Translations under genes and position numbers: made by a program
In this document: positions 41,301-54,776 of the stretch, one piece after another
Numbering within the stretch: position 1 is the stretch's first letter
How the letters are laid out: every line of letters begins with the position of its first letter
Source of the DNA: the human T2T-CHM13v2.0 reference genome, Homo sapiens
Length of the DNA: 64,000 nucleotides
Assembly (NCBI GenBank): GCA_009914755.4
Contig: CP068257.2
Location: 28,640,001 to 28,704,000, forward strand
Reading direction: 5' to 3'
The notes under the pieces: model-generated
Told to the model about the DNA's origin: nothing
Database searches by the model: none
The model's input: only the letters and a program-made list of their open reading frames with translations

Positions 41301-42879
41301 ATCCATACATTCCTTGAGTCATCATCCCCAATGGCATCACTTTCATTAATTTCTGGAAAAATTCTCTAAGCAAAAATATAGTTTCAGTGGAGAATGAAAT
41401 TAATGTTTATACTGGCAAGTGACTATTCAGAGTTAAGTTTAGAAAGAAGACTCAGAATCCAAATTCTACCCTCAAAATATCTGAATAATCTGTTAGACTA
41501 ACTCTGTTTTCATTTTTCTTATGTATGACTGATTTAAAGACTCTAATAATTATTAAGGTATATGTTTACTTTTACCTCAACCCATTTCAATCAAGATAAA
41601 GAAGAAGATGATTCTGTGTGTCTTTCTTATGTATTTGGTATGTGGAGTCTCATGTTGAAATTAAGGAAAAGTAGTGATGCTTCACAATTGCTTTTGATGG
41701 AGACTTACGCTTTCTTGATTAAAGTTCAGTTGAAAAGGGCAATGTATTATTTGTCCTTATGGTTTGACAAAATGACGTCAGCTTTTATAAAATCCAGTTT
41801 GAAAATGACTACATCCAGAAGGTTAATCACAAGGAACACAATGGTACCTGAATATTAATAAAGAAATATTTAAATTTTGTGAAAAGAGGAGCCTAAAGAC
41901 CTACCCTCCACTTACCTTACTCATGGGAATAAAACCTATACAACTAGAAGTCAAAACTTATCAGATAGTACATTGCCCTGTAATTTGCTTAAATAAATAA
42001 ATCTTCATATTACACTTGTAATGTAGTTTACTGTGGAGAAACACAGACTTTGAGAAAACTTAAAAATAAATCTCAGACAAGTAATTTACAATCTCTATGA
42101 CTGTGGCTAAATTATGAACAATTAGAGCTACTGCGCTGGATATTAAAGAAATTAAATTAATAAAATACTAAATCAGACATAGATGGCAATAGACAAGTAT
42201 CAAAGGTGGACTAAGGTATAGCTATTAGCAGGTCCTGTCTAGTCACGGGATAATTGATACAGAACTTTCCTTAATTCCTAGCGCTTGGACTTGTAAGCTG
42301 TGGGGAAATGAGAAGCAAACATTTGTTTCCCCCAGACTCAGGAAAGATAGCGTAAAACAAAACTCCAAAGGAAAAAATGTGAATTTCTCATCACCATCCA
42401 ATCAAAATGCAATCTACTGTCATTCAAATCAATAAACATTTACAGAGAGCCTAGTCATGGTACTGCCACAAAAGCAGCATTTGAAGGGCTCAAAGTGTAG
42501 AGGAGAGTTTATAAATGCAAATAATGAAAAATAAAACATGTTAGTGAGGTAACGCTAGACAATTAGTCAACAGAACAGAACAGAGTCAAGAAATAGACCC
42601 ATCCATTTAAAGATAATGTATTTACGAAAAAAGGGGCACGGAACTGCAGAGTAGTAGAAAAAGGAGAGAGTTTTAGGTGATGGTGCTGATTCAACAGAAT
42701 TTTGACCCCTAACTCACATCACACACAGGCACACAGACACACACACATAAACACACAAACAGCTTTTCATTGATGGCATATTTAAATGTGGAAAATCAAA
42801 TAAGAAAGTTTCTAAAGTTAATATTTTTATTAATTTGGGGTAAACAAAGTTTTATTTAAAAGGATGAGAAAATTACTAA

Positions 42880-43800
42880 CTATAAACAGAAGATCAATAA
42901 ATTAGATTCATTTCTGTTAATCTAAATACACCATTAAGGGCATAAAAAGACAAGGAATGATATGGAAGAAGTTAAGCTAAATATGTATACTCAACAAAGA
43001 GTTAATATCTAGACCATGTGAAGAACTATCCAATCCTGAAGACAGACAAACCTACTAAAAATAGGGACAAATGACATGGATGTTACTTCAAGCAAAAAAT
43101 TTAAATGGCCAAGAAACAAGAAACATTTTATTTAAAAAGTGCTCAATTCAATGGACCATCAAGAAAATTAAAAACAAAACAAACATTTTTTAGAATTACA
43201 TTCTCACTAGAAGTGCTAAATGTAAATAGGCTGACAACTTCAAGTGTTGGTGAGGGTGTAGAACAACTGGAATTCTCATACTCTGATAGTAGAAGTCAAT
43301 ATTAGCATAACTGCAAGGATAACTTTGTAATGGTGTAAAATAGAGCTGAACAAGCACATCCTACATAACTTAATTCCACCCTTACACATATTGCAGAATA
43401 GAAATAGATACAGATGTGTATTAAAATATAGCCGAAGAATACAAGAATATTCTGTACACTAATTCTAATAGATCCAAACTAGAAACAACCCAAAGGCTCA
43501 TCAACAAAAGAATGTATAAATATATTTTGGTGTTTTAACCTTGAATATTATGTACACAAAAAATTAAAAGACTACTGGTACATATAACAATATGGAAAAA
43601 TCACACATAATATTTAGTACAAGAAGACAGACACCAATGGGTAAATACTTTATAATTTCATTTTACAGTTCAAGAACATGCAAAAATTAGTTATGTATGT
43701 TATATGTTAACTAAAATCTCATTTAAAATGATGTTAAAAATAACAGTTCAACAAGATTAACAGTAGACATATGGCTGAGATAAAATTCAGGCTGAGCCAA
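42880..43800 (+). mobile_element. LINE-1 ORF2 3'-portion fragment (older L1M-type, sense)
   Basis: ...gtgttggtgagggtgtagaacaactggaattctcatac... (L1 ORF2 C-terminal region ctgttggtgggaatgtaaa-like), then tacagatgtgtattaaaatatagccgaagaatacaagaat...caaaggctcatcaacaaaagaatgtataaatat. Diverged. Confidence 0.5.
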
Positions 43801-45018
43801 TGTGTGATTAGGGTAAGAGGCACAGAGAGGGCCGGGGAAAGGCTTCAAAAAATAGGGGATACAGATGTCACAAAATCAAAATATCCAGGAGAGCAAGCAA
43901 ATAAGGCAAATAATGAACCAGAATGAAATTAACAACAGTGGCATGATCATGATAGTAAGTGGAACTGGCATTCTGCTTCATTGTCAGGAAGTCTCTAGGG
44001 CAAGATTGAACTGAGAACCAGAAGTGTGTGCCCTGTCTAAAGGGAACAGCTGGGAGTTACTGCGAGCTGCCTGCCAATCACTTTCTTGCACAGTGATACA
44101 GTTTCTAGCTTTTCTAGCTATTCCAGTTCCTCAAAAAGGTAAATATTCAGGCTTTTAAAACTTTATTTCCTTTTAATTAATGAAATATATGCCCCCACAC
44201 ATTTTAGGTTGAGTGAGAGAAAAAATGTATCTTTAATTGTTACATGTCCCATAGCTTATAACTTCTGGCAAATTCTGTGATAGTTCAGGACTGTTTTGTT
44301 CACCTCAGTATCTTTTGTGCCTGGCATATAGTATGCAAGCAGTACCTTTGTTTCTGAATAAATCAAAAGATTAATTAATGAACTCAAGACTGTGTTTTTG
44401 TAAAAGCAAGTATGAGTTTTCAAAACAGAGCTGAAGAACATACCGCTCTCGATGATGACCTATGCAAAAGGATGGATGACTGTAAAAAGCATATGTTTGG
44501 GGACCCATGTGTAAGTCAGGATCGCAGGAGCTTAGTTTTATTATTTGCAATATTGAGCAAAAGAGCATGAAGCCAGAGAGGTATGGGGGAGAAAGACAGT
44601 GAGGGAACTAGGTGTCATGCTAAGAGGTTTGAATATTTATCTTATGGGAATAGATTATAGGAAGCCATCAAAGGCGTAAGCAGAAACTTGGTTAGGTTTG
44701 CAATTAGAAAGAACATTCTGGTGGAAGTGTGTTCATGGGGTAGAGAGATAAGAGACATCACTCCTAATTTTTCCTTTTCAAAACAGCTTTCCCAAGGACT
44801 TTTTGGGTCTCTCAAGTACATAGGGTCAGAAGTCTAAAAAGCAGCTTAAGGAATAAACCATCAAACAATCCCTCTACTGTCAGGTAAGAATATATGGTTG
44901 AGTATCACTTGTCCAGCTCAGTCATCTTGCAAGCAATTGACGTTGGTTATTTCTGTGTTGAAATTAAGTCATGAAACACAAAGCGCTGAACCAGATTCTT
45001 AATTTGGACTTAATCGCA

Positions 45019-45024
45019 TTTATT
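45019..45024 (-). terminator. KRTAP26-1: Putative poly(A) signal (AATAAA on minus strand) about 255 nt downstream of the KRTAP26-1 stop
   Basis: Plus-strand tttatt at 45019..45024, followed (on the minus strand) by a GT-rich stretch (gctttgtgtttc). Confidence 0.3.
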
Positions 45025-45274
45025 ATAGTGCAAAACAAATACATTCTTCCCAGACCAGAGCAACATTGAATAGCATTGTAAACTAATTTTTTTGATGTCA
45101 AGGAAAGATGAAAACAAGATAAAACATGCGAGAGAAGCAGCTTGCATTAGATCAGGCACAGTAAAACTAAGAAACATCAGTTGCTACTAGCAAAGAAGCA
45201 AAAGTCCATGGAGTTTGAATTTTTGTTGTGGATGCTCAGAGTGATTATTCACTGGAACAAAGAAGCTGCTGGTT

Positions 45275-45907
45275 TCACAGTCCAGAGCAAGATGGACGAC
45301 ACGTGCTGAACACATGGGTCAGAGGTTGGCAACCACTGAACAGAGGCCCCAGAGGTCTGAGGCTGCTGGACACAACGTGAAGACTTTGAGGACGATAGGC
45401 CAAGCAACTCGAGGGTTGGCATCCAGAAGTGAGGAGGTTTTGGGGCTGGCAACTCTTGGACAAGCAGAATTGGGGGCGATAGGCATTGGGCACACAGTCT
45501 CCTATGGGCTGGTAACTATTGAGCAGCGGCCTCAGTGGACGACAGCCGCTGGACACATACCTCTGTGGTCTACAGGATACTGGAAGGCAGGAACTGGAGA
45601 AGAAAGAAGCAGGAAGAAAACTGCTTCCTTGGCAAGGCCTGGGCACGTAGTAAGCAGTGGAAGAACCGCAAGAGGTTTCAAGATTGCCGGTCTCACAGTG
45701 GACCGGCTGGCAGCTGGTTGGTTCACCGCAGGTCTCTTGGCAGTTGTCTGTGACCCAGGTATGGTCTTGAGAGCTAGTGGGTAAGTAGAGGACATCTCCA
45801 CAGCTCACGCTGGTAGGGCAGAGGTCGATGGAGGTGAGAGGAATATGGCGGGAGGTTCTGAGAGATCCTGAGTTGGAGTTTCCCGAGCAGTAGTTGGGGC
45901 AAGACAT
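45275..45907 (-). CDS. KRTAP26-1: Keratin-associated protein 26-1 (single exon, 210 aa)
   Basis: Minus-strand ORF from ATG 45905..45907 to TGA 45275..45277: MSCPNYCSGNSNSGSLRTSRHIPLTSIDLCPTSVSCGDVLYLPTSSQDHTWVTDNCQETCGEPTSCQPVHCETGNLETSCGSS...CRPQRYVSSGCRPLRPLLNSYQPIGDCVPNAYRPQFC...STCRPSCSGL. Length, sequence and the 17.6-kb spacing to KRTAP27-1 match what I recall for KRTAP26-1. The overlapping ORFs on both strands (45314..45784 +, 45532..45801 -, 45535..45753 +) are composition artifacts. Confidence 0.88.
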   Translation of the reverse strand: MSCPNYCSGNSNSGSLRTSRHIPLTSIDLCPTSVSCGDVLYLPTSSQDHTWVTDNCQETCGEPTSCQPVHCETGNLETSCGSSTAYYVPRPCQGSSFLPASFFSSSCLPVSCRPQRYVSSGCRPLRPLLNSYQPIGDCVPNAYRPQFCLSKSCQPQNLLTSGCQPSSCLAYRPQSLHVVSSSLRPLGPLFSGCQPLTHVFSTCRPSCSGL

Positions 45908-45988
45908 AGTGAGGTTGTGAGAGCAGGCTGAAGTTGAGGCAAAGAAGTGAGTGTCTGAAGTTTGTTCTGCCCTTCCTTAGCTTGACCC

Positions 45989-45997
45989 TTTATTTAT
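45989..45997 (-). promoter_or_regulatory. KRTAP26-1: TATA box (minus strand ATAAATAAA) about 85 nt upstream of the KRTAP26-1 ATG
   Basis: Minus strand reads ctagggATAAATAAAgggtcaagc. A second A/T motif, TATAATAAAG, lies about 160 nt upstream. Confidence 0.45.
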
Positions 45998-48263
45998 CCC
46001 TAGAAGGTGGTGCTTCTGCGTGCAGACTCTTCCTCTTGTTGTATGAAGATGCATCAGAACTCTTTATTATAGCCAAGGAAGTGAGGCTTCCACCCTCCAT
46101 AAAACTGGATGCTCCTTGCAATGCCATCCATTGATTACGTCTATCTATAAACCAATGCGACTGAGTTTTAATAGGATCTATCCTTCTTAAATTATCCAAA
46201 CAAAACAGACACATTTTAAAGCCTATGTGCTTATTCCAATTATAACCACCATTGCACAAACATTCTTAAGATTCCTCTCTTAGAATTGTCTTTGAAAGTT
46301 GTAGCAACTTCTTTGAAACAGTGAGAACTTACATCTTTTTGAAGAAAAATTCTATTCTTCTTGGAAATTGCCAGAAGTGAGTAACTTGGAACAAGTATAA
46401 GAGAAAATGAAAATCCTTGCAAACTATATGACAGAAATATGGACAATTTCAATATGTTTTGCTTGGTTAGAATTTATTTTTCTAAGTTGTGATTTGCTTT
46501 ATTTCAGAATTCTATTCAGACTTGACTTTCTACCAAAATATCTTTATTCAAAAATATGTGCTCATTTTAGTCATTTCAATAAATAAATAAGCTGAGTGAA
46601 GCTGAAACCTTGGCTTATGTTTAAGATATTCTTGAATATAGATAATGAAGTTGGGCCAAGTTAAAATTATGTATCCTACTGTGAACAAAAGCAGAGAAGT
46701 AGACCTCTTAAAGAAAGTCAGGCATCTTGACATTTTTCATGATTATTTCAAGGTTATGTATTGCATGGTTTCTCATATTCCAACTGAAAAAATATTGTTC
46801 TTGGTTAAAAAATACACTGATTATGACATGAATTTATTTTGCTTTCTACATTGGCCTTGATGTCAATTTCCAAAAAGGAGCTTCTAAACTGCTTTACATA
46901 GGGAAAAGCATCAGGATAAATTATTGTTTTCCTAAGTTTTAGTACTTTAAAGGTCATTTGAGAATATGTATTTCTGGTAAAATTGTTTTAAAAAATGTAT
47001 GATTTTAGTTAGTTTCAACTATCCCTCTATATTTTTCTCATACTGACATACCCAGTGGCTCCAGTAGCTATTTTAATGGGATTTTAAATTATCTGCTGGC
47101 TCTAAGTTCCAATTCCTTTTGGCTAGTCAATTTAAATCATAACACTTTCTTCTATTTTGGTGTTTGAGGGACATACTTGTGCTTATCCAGTCTCCCTCTG
47201 TCCTGGAGGAGTGAAATCTCTGAAACAGAAAGTTGGTTTCTCAATGAGACAACACTAGACTATTTTACTACTGGGGGAGAAATATAAAAATAAAATGGTA
47301 TAATCCCGGAGGTCCTGTACTAACATGTTGAATTTATCTCAGTATTTTAGGTCAGACGATTTGTACCTGATGTATTTGAGAAAGCCCCACTCACTCCAAC
47401 CCCCAACCCCAGGCCCTCATCACCTAATACTGTTTGTATAACCGGATACTTTGTATACTTCGGACATCACCTAATACTCTGTGTATACAGCTGCTAGAGT
47501 CTTCTTGTAAAATCCTGGTTGCATCAGCTGAATGGCGTTAGTAATAGGTACAGTCATATTTAGCTGAATGCTTATGAAATTGTATGTTGATCCTTTTTAT
47601 GTCTGCTCTTCTCTAATATAAACAAGAGCCCAACATCTGTATCATTAGTACATCAATACGCTTGTGTGTATGTGTGGATAGATGTATATACTACATGTTC
47701 TATGTATACATGGATGGTTTTCCATGAAGAGAAGGGGTGTGGAATAAGAGGAAACTGGCATTCATGGAATGCCTACTCTGAAGAACCTTGTGCTGTGGGT
47801 GCCCACATGTGCCATTCACTTTGTCCTCACAATTCTATACAGTAGATCTTACTATTTCAAGTACTCATACGAGAAAACTTGAGCTTTAGAAAGTTGCAGT
47901 AATAGGTATTACGAAAAACATCTGAAAAAAGGCTCCTTGACTCCCCAAACAGTTTTTCTCTATCCAATATGGCATTACATAGAGATGCATTGATACTATC
48001 ATTTAATAACCAATAACCGTGTGAATTGGGTAATTTGCATAATTGCTCTGCTCCCCAGTCACTATCAGTATAATTTTATGGAAATATTAATAGTATCTAC
48101 TTTTCAGTGACATTTCAGGAATATATTGAGATGTCATTAAAAGTTAAGATAAACTGTAAAACGTTATACAAGAGTAATCTATTTTCTTGCTTTGGCGTTC
48201 TTAACCCATTCTGGAGAGTACGACCTTGGGTTTAATTTCTTTAGAGCACCACCATGAGTTTCT

Positions 48264-48297
48264 CGTGTGTGTGTGGGGGGGGGGGGCGGTGGGGGGG
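48264..48297. repeat. (GT)n followed by G12-C-GG-T-G7 homopolymer block
   Basis: gtgtgtgtgtgggggggggggggcggtgggggggt. Confidence 0.9.
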
Positions 48298-48564
48298 TAA
48301 AATTGCAAAAATATCAACAGATCTTCAGAAAGTGAAGTACCCTGAATATAAGTTGTCCTTCATGTAATATAGGTTGAACTAAAATTATTTCATAGTGGCT
48401 GTGTCACTAATAGAGAATTGCTTATTTGGGCATAATACCAGGTACCTCATTAGCAGGATCCTATAAACTACATGTTTCAGACTTCTCTTCTGAGTTAAGA
48501 GCCCAGGGATAATCGGAGGAACTGGGCATCCTGTGTGATTTCCCAGATTTACCCATGGCGTTGC

Positions 48565-48591
<27 letters not shown>
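48565..48591. repeat. T27 homopolymer
   Basis: ttgc + 27 T + aataaacc. No retroelement body is recognisably attached. The K9 run in ORF 48385..48705 comes from this. Confidence 0.9.
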
Positions 48592-48595
<4 letters not shown>

Positions 48596-49469
48596 AACCA
48601 TGGATCTTTGTCTCTCCTACTGTAGAAGGAGAATTCTGAGTTTCTCTGTCTTGGAGACAAAAAATCCCCAGAACATTTCAACAATAAAGTTGTGCCAATA
48701 AACAAGGTACTTTTAACTCATCCATTCAGCAAATATTATTGAGCATGTAGTATGTGCAAAACATTATGATAGATGCTGGCAATGGAACCAACATAAAATT
48801 GGTTTCTGCTCTCAGATGTACACTATCTGGTAAGCGTGATAAGACAGGTACATAACCCATGTCAGTGTTTACTAAGTTCCGTAAGTAATGTACAGAGAAG
48901 AGCAAACATAGTTCATTCACCTTACCAAAAATTTAACATTTGATATTAATTTTGAAAGATGGAAGGGGCTTTGGAGAAGAGGAAAACACTTTAGGCTATG
49001 GAAGAAGATGTCAAGGTAGAGAAAATGACAACATAGAGCTTCCCAGTGAAGGATTCTAAGAAGCAAACTCATATTCACATGTTGAAATTACTGGGGGAAG
49101 TAGTTAAGATATTGTTCTAAAGGTGTGGTGATCCAGTAATGTGTTTCAAGAAGAGAGTGCTGAGGTTAATTTGCAGCATAGATTGGAAAGTGGGAAAACC
49201 TGTTATGCTTTTCTCCCTTTATCTTCTAAAATTATATATTTCTTTCCATTTTTTTCTTTCTGTTATCATGGCAATGATTTAAGTTGGGCTTTTTTGTTCT
49301 CCTTCAGTGAATTTCCTACTGCCACCTTTGACTTCTGTCCCTATGGTCTTCTATTTTGCCTAAATAATGCATTTGAAATAATACTCATGAAATTAATTTC
49401 ATCATATGATTCTCTTTCTCAAAAAAGTGGATGATTTCTCTTTGTCAACAGAGAATTGTTCTGACACTT

Positions 49470-51470
49470 GTCTGGCCCTTCTCTACTTCCCAGTAAAGAT
49501 TCTCTCCTACTTTTTTGGGTTGCCTGTTAATATTTACTAGTTCTAATAGTTTTTTGGTGGAGTCTTTAGGGTTTCTAATGTATAGAATCGTGTCACATGC
49601 AAACAGAGACAATTTTACTTCGTTATGATTTGGGTGATTTTCTTTTTTTTTTTTTTTCTGACTAATTGCTCTGGCTAGGACTTCTAGTACTATATTGAAT
49701 AGAAGTAGAAAGAGTGGGCATCCTTGTCTTGTTCCTGATCTAGGGAGAAAAGCTTTTAGGTTTTCACCATTGTGTGTTTCACCTGTGAGTCTGTCATATA
49801 TGGACTTTGTTATGTTGAAGTATATTCCTTCTGTGCCTAATTTGTTAAAGTCTTTATCGTGAAAGTTTGTTGAATTCTGTCAAATGCTTTTTCTACATCC
49901 ATAGGGATGATAACTTTTATCCTTCTTTCTGCTAATTTGGTGTATCACATTCATTGATATGCATGTGTTGAATCATCCTAGCCTCCCAGGAATAAAATTC
50001 ACTTAATCATGTTGTATCATCCTTTGAATGTGCCATTGAATCCTGCTTACTAGTATTTTGTTGAGGACTTTTGCATCTATCTTAATCAGGCATATTGGCT
50101 TCCAGTTTATGTTTTCATTTCTGTTTTATCTTTTATTATCCTTGACCAACACTAGTATCAGGGTAATGCTGGTTTTGTAAAATAAATTTGGAAATGTTTA
50201 AAAAACAACAAGCCTTACTTCTACAAATCTTCCTAATTTTATAAAAAATTTTCTATTTGACTTTTTTCTGCTCTATTTTTTTTTCTTCTGCTGACTTTGG
50301 GCTTAGTTTGTTATTCTTTCTCTAACTTCTTGAGAAGTTAAGTTGTTTGAAATCTTTCTTTTTTCAGGTAGGTATTTTTTGCTGTAAACATCTTAAAATG
50401 GTTTTCGATGCATTCCAAAGTTTTGGAATGTTGTGCTTCCATTTTCATTGTCTCAATATTTTTTAATTTCTCTTTTGATTTTTTCTTTGATTTATTGGTT
50501 GTTCAGTAGTGTGTTGTTTAATTTTCACATATTTGTGAATTTTTCAATTTTCCTCTTGTTACTGATTTCTAGTTTGGTGGTTTAATATCATTATGGTTGG
50601 ATGTTTAATATGATTTTAATTTCCCTAAGACTTTTTTGGGGGCTAACCCATAATCTATCCTGGATAATATTTAGTGTGTGCTAGAAAAGAATGTGTATTC
50701 TTCTCCTGTTGGATGAAATGTTTTGTATAAATCTGTTAGGTAAGTCTGCTGTTTCCTTTTTGATCTTCTGTCTGGGTGATGTATCCACTGTTGAAACCGG
50801 GGTATCAAAGTCTCCTGTGATTATCATACTACTGTCAATTTCTCCCCTCAGTTCTGTTAATATTTGTTTTTATATTTAGGTATTCCAATGTTGGGTGCAT
50901 ATGTATTTGTGATTGTTATATCCTCTTTATGAATGGACTCCTTTTTCATGATATAATGACCTTCTTTGTCCTTATGATAGTTTTTGGTGTAAAGACTATT
51001 TTGCACAGTAGAAGATCTAGCCACCACTGCTCTCATTTGGTTACCATTTTCATGGAATAACTTTCACTTTCAGCCTATGTGAGTTCTAAACTCTCAATTG
51101 AGTCTCTTGTAGACAGCATTTTAGTTGGATCTTTTAAAAAAATATATTCAGCCACCCTGTATTTTTTAAGTGGATATTTAAATCCATTTACATTTAAAGT
51201 AATTCTTGATTACTTTACTGCTGCCAAGAACTTACTACTGCCATTTTAATTGTTTTCTGTCTGTTTTGTGATTCCTTGTTCTTTTTGATTTGACGATTTT
51301 TTCTTAGTGGTATGCTTTGATTCTTTTAATTTTAATGTGTTTACAACAGCTTATTCTTGGTGATCACCATAAGGCTTACATAAAACATCTTCTAACTGTT
51401 TATTTTAAGCTGACAATAATTTCACTTTGATCACATACAGAAGTTCTACACTTCTTCCCCACACACACAT
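49470..51470 (-). mobile_element. LINE-1 ORF2 fragment (antisense)
   Basis: agttttttggtggagtctttagggtttctaatgtatagaatcgtgtcacatgcaaacagagacaattttacttc... and tttttctacatccatagggatgataacttttatccttctttctgctaatttggtgtatcacattcattgatatgcatgtgttgaatcatcctagcctcccaggaataaaattcacttaatcatg... both match the antisense of L1 ORF2 well. The extent toward 51470 is approximate. Confidence 0.75.
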
Positions 51471-51535
51471 ATTTTGTTATTGATGTCATAATTACATCTT
51501 TTTATATTATGTATCTATTAACAAATTATTTTAGC

Positions 51536-52055
51536 TGTATTAGGGTTCTTCAGAGGATCAAAACTAATAGAATATATATAAATATATGAGGATATTTATT
51601 ATGAAAATTGACTCACATGATTATGAAAGCCGAAAAGCTCCATCCATGCCATCTGCAAGATGGAGAACCAGAAAAGTCACTGGTGTAATTTAATATGAGT
51701 CCAAGGGCCTGAGAACCATGGAGGGTTGGGGAAGGGAGTGTTGGTGTAAATCCTGGAGTCCAAAGGCCCAAAAACCAAGAGCTCCAGTATTGAAGAGCAG
51801 GAGAAGATGGCTCTCCCAGCTCCAGAAGAGAGAGGAAATTTACCTTTCCTGCACCATTTTCTTCCCTCCTGGGCTCCATTGGATTGGATGAGGTCTGACA
51901 GATTGATAAGGGCAGATCTTCCTTATTTAGTCTACTAATTCAAATGCTAATCTCTTTTAGAAACACCTTCACAGACACATCTAGAAATATGCTTTGCCCA
52001 CTATTTTGGTAAATCCTTAACCAGCCAAATTGACACCTGTAATTAACTATCACAG
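51536..52055 (+). repeat. Ancient interspersed repeat (same family as 25252..25818)
   Basis: tgtattagggttcttcagaggatcaaaactaatag...gaaaattgactcacatgattatgaaagcc...ccatctgcaagatggagaaccag...tcctgggctccattggattggatgaggtctgacagattgataagggcag...ctaattcaaatgctaatctc...acaccttcacagacacatctagaaat...aattaactatcacag. Confidence 0.6.
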
Positions 52056-53133
52056 TAGTTATAGTTGTTTTTAATACTTTTGTCTTTTAACTTTTACACT
52101 AAAGTTAAAAGTGATTTATATACCACTATTACAATATTAAAGTATTCTGAATTTGAGTAGATACTTACCTTTAACAGTGAGTTTTATACTTTCTCAAGTT
52201 TTCATGTTTCTTATTAGTGCCTTTTCATTTCAAGTTGAAGACCTCCCTTTAGCATACCTTATAAGGCAGATCTAGTGTTGAGGAAATTCTTAGGCTTTTG
52301 TATATCTCAGAAAGTCTTTATTTCTTTTTCATTTCTGAGAGCCAGCTTCACTGGGGATATTATTCTTAGTTGGCAAGTGTTTGTTTGTCTGTTTCAGCAC
52401 TTTGAATACATCATTCCACTCTACTGGCCTGAAAGGGTTTTGCTGAGAAATTTCCTGATAGTCTCTTGAAACTTCCCTAGTTTGTGACAAGTCATTTTTC
52501 TTCATAATGGGGGAGTACATACTCATGATTAACAAACATGTCTCTCAAGTCTCATGTAGCCAAAAGGTACAAACTTTGTGTCTGCAGCAGGAAAACAACA
52601 TGGCTGCAACTGCTGGTCCAGTTACTCCATGGCTTAATTAAACTGTGTCAATAATGATTATATTACTGCTTAATATAGAACATTCGGTGGACTAAAAAAT
52701 TACATGTTTGTTTGTTTGAGCCCCTAGCAGATGTCTTGCTGCCAAAAACTATAAGTAAAAGCATCTTGTTTTCTGGTGCTAAGCTGCTATCTGTCTCTCC
52801 ACACCTGCTAATCTGTTCCTCCTTCTCTATCCTGACATAAGTCACTTTAAGGAGAAAGACAATTCAGGGTAGGAACAATGTCTATATCTTTCCCCAAGAG
52901 AGACTGAAGCTGTATACACTCATTCAGATACATTGAGGAACTTCAAGAAAAAGAGGAACTCAAACTTTTGTCGCTCTCTTGGATACAGGTGTCCAAGTTA
53001 CCATTTTACTCAGTCCAGTGGAGGTGAAAGGGAAATACTTGAATACAGCTAATGAGGCTTTGGAAGAGATTACAGATGGAAAGGAAAAATAATGTGACTT
53101 TCTAGGTGGAGCCCTTTGTGTCAGTTTAATGTA

Positions 53134-53470
53134 CAATTGACCCTTGGCATCTTTGGGGGACTGGTTCCAGAATCCCTGCAGATACCAAAATTTATGGATA
53201 CTCAAGTACTTGTTATAAAATGATATAGTATTTGCATTTAATTCACACACATGCTGTCATCTACTTTAAATCATTTCTAGATTACTAATAATAGCTGATA
53301 CAATGCAAGTGCTATGTAAATAGTTATTATGTGTTTTCTAGGGACGAATTATAAGGAAAAATGTCTGTATATGTTCAACACATATGCAATCATCTTTGTT
53401 TCCCTTAATGTTTTCAGTCTGTGATTAGTTGAATCCACAGATGGTGAACCCACAGATACAGAGGGCAAAC
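53134..53470 (+). mobile_element. MER2/Tigger2-type nonautonomous Tc1-mariner DNA transposon with TA target-site duplication
   Basis: caattgacccttggcatctttgggggactggttccagaatccctgcagataccaaaatttatggatactcaagtacttgttataaaatgatatagtatttgcat...tttaaatcatttctagattactaataatagctgatacaatgcaagtgctatgtaaatagttattatgtgtt...gtctgtatatgttcaacacatatgcaatcatc...ccacagatggtgaacccacagatacagagggcaaac. It is flanked by ta (53132-53133) and ta (53471-53472). Confidence 0.85.
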
Positions 53471-54776
53471 TATACTTTTGCTGTTGTGTTATATGACTAT
53501 GTTACCCCGTTCCATAAATTACAAAAGGGATTCCACTGATTGTGAAGATCTGTATTCATAGAAGTGCTAGTACTTTTGGGGTCTCTGTGAGTTACAAGTC
53601 ACTGTGACTGATGATTTTGTTATTGGAGCACTTAGCATAGGTAGACGCCTCCATTCACTGAATGCCACTTGGAGTCTTGTTAATAGTATTCTAACCTGAA
53701 TGATATATGAGATATATTAAATAGATTTGGTTGCAGCCTCTATTGGTCAGACTAATCGGAGTGGTCAGTGGAATGTCATTCTCATGGGAAAATTCACCAG
53801 GAGCAGTGCAGTGTAGAGATAAGAGTTGGGTATTGTTTCAGGGAAAATAATCCCCATGGGTCTCTTGCATTTCTGCATGTCTTCAGTGCAGTCACTGGCT
53901 CCCTTTGTTCTAAATTAACTTTTCAAGCATGTTTTTAGAGAAACAGTCTTGGAAAATAGATACAGTGTTTCTCTCAGGGTCAAATGTCAAACATGCTTAC
54001 TCTTCATGATGTCTATGATCCAGGGTTCCTAAACTCAACATTCCTCTCCTGTGAAACAACCTGCTGCATATGCAGGTGTCAGCTGGCCCTATGGGAATTG
54101 GAGCTCAGGGATCTGGTGTCAATGCTAACACTCTGGCTTCGGCTATTGCCATAAATGATAAAGGCCTTTGTCTCTAACCTAGGCTTCTTATGTCTTCTGC
54201 CTGCATTCCCGAAACTATGACGGGTTAACTTGTTAGCATACAAATAGGATAAAATTTCTGACTTTTCACAGTTCTCAATGCCCCTTCCACAGGTTTCGGT
54301 TTTCTAGTTGAAATTGTGGCACTGCAACGTCATCATAATCACCAACTCTATTGCTTTGACAATCTTTTAATAAGACACAGACATTTTAGTCAAAGTATAA
54401 TATAGTCATAATAATATTGAAATAATTATGGGCAATTTATGCAGTAATAACTAGTAGAGATTAATCGAAGCTATTAGAAGATAAAGAAAGCAACTTGATA
54501 CCATATTGAAAATACATCTTAAAGGCTTATAAGGCATTAAAAGAAAAAGCTGACAAAGAAAAGGGACACATGTGAACCACAGTTTAGTTAATAAACAGTC
54601 TGCTCATGGAATAGGAGAGCAATAAATAGGTCTGTCACATATTTTTTACAGCAATCCAGCCATATAACATAGCCCTCCATGAGACTGCCCATTTTCCCCA
54701 ACTATGCTAGATAGAAATGTTTGGATAGTTTACTTGGGAATTGACAATTATGAGGGAGTACTCAAAATACCCCCGT

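Noticed and set aside
45314-45784. 156-aa plus-strand ORF (and 45532..45801 minus, 45535..45753 plus) overlapping KRTAP26-1
   Set aside because: It is the antisense or an alternate frame of a Cys/Ser/Pro-codon-rich CDS, which is naturally depleted in stop codons on several frames. The products are Arg/Gly/Ala-rich with no KAP features. KRTAP26-1 on the minus strand fully explains the region.
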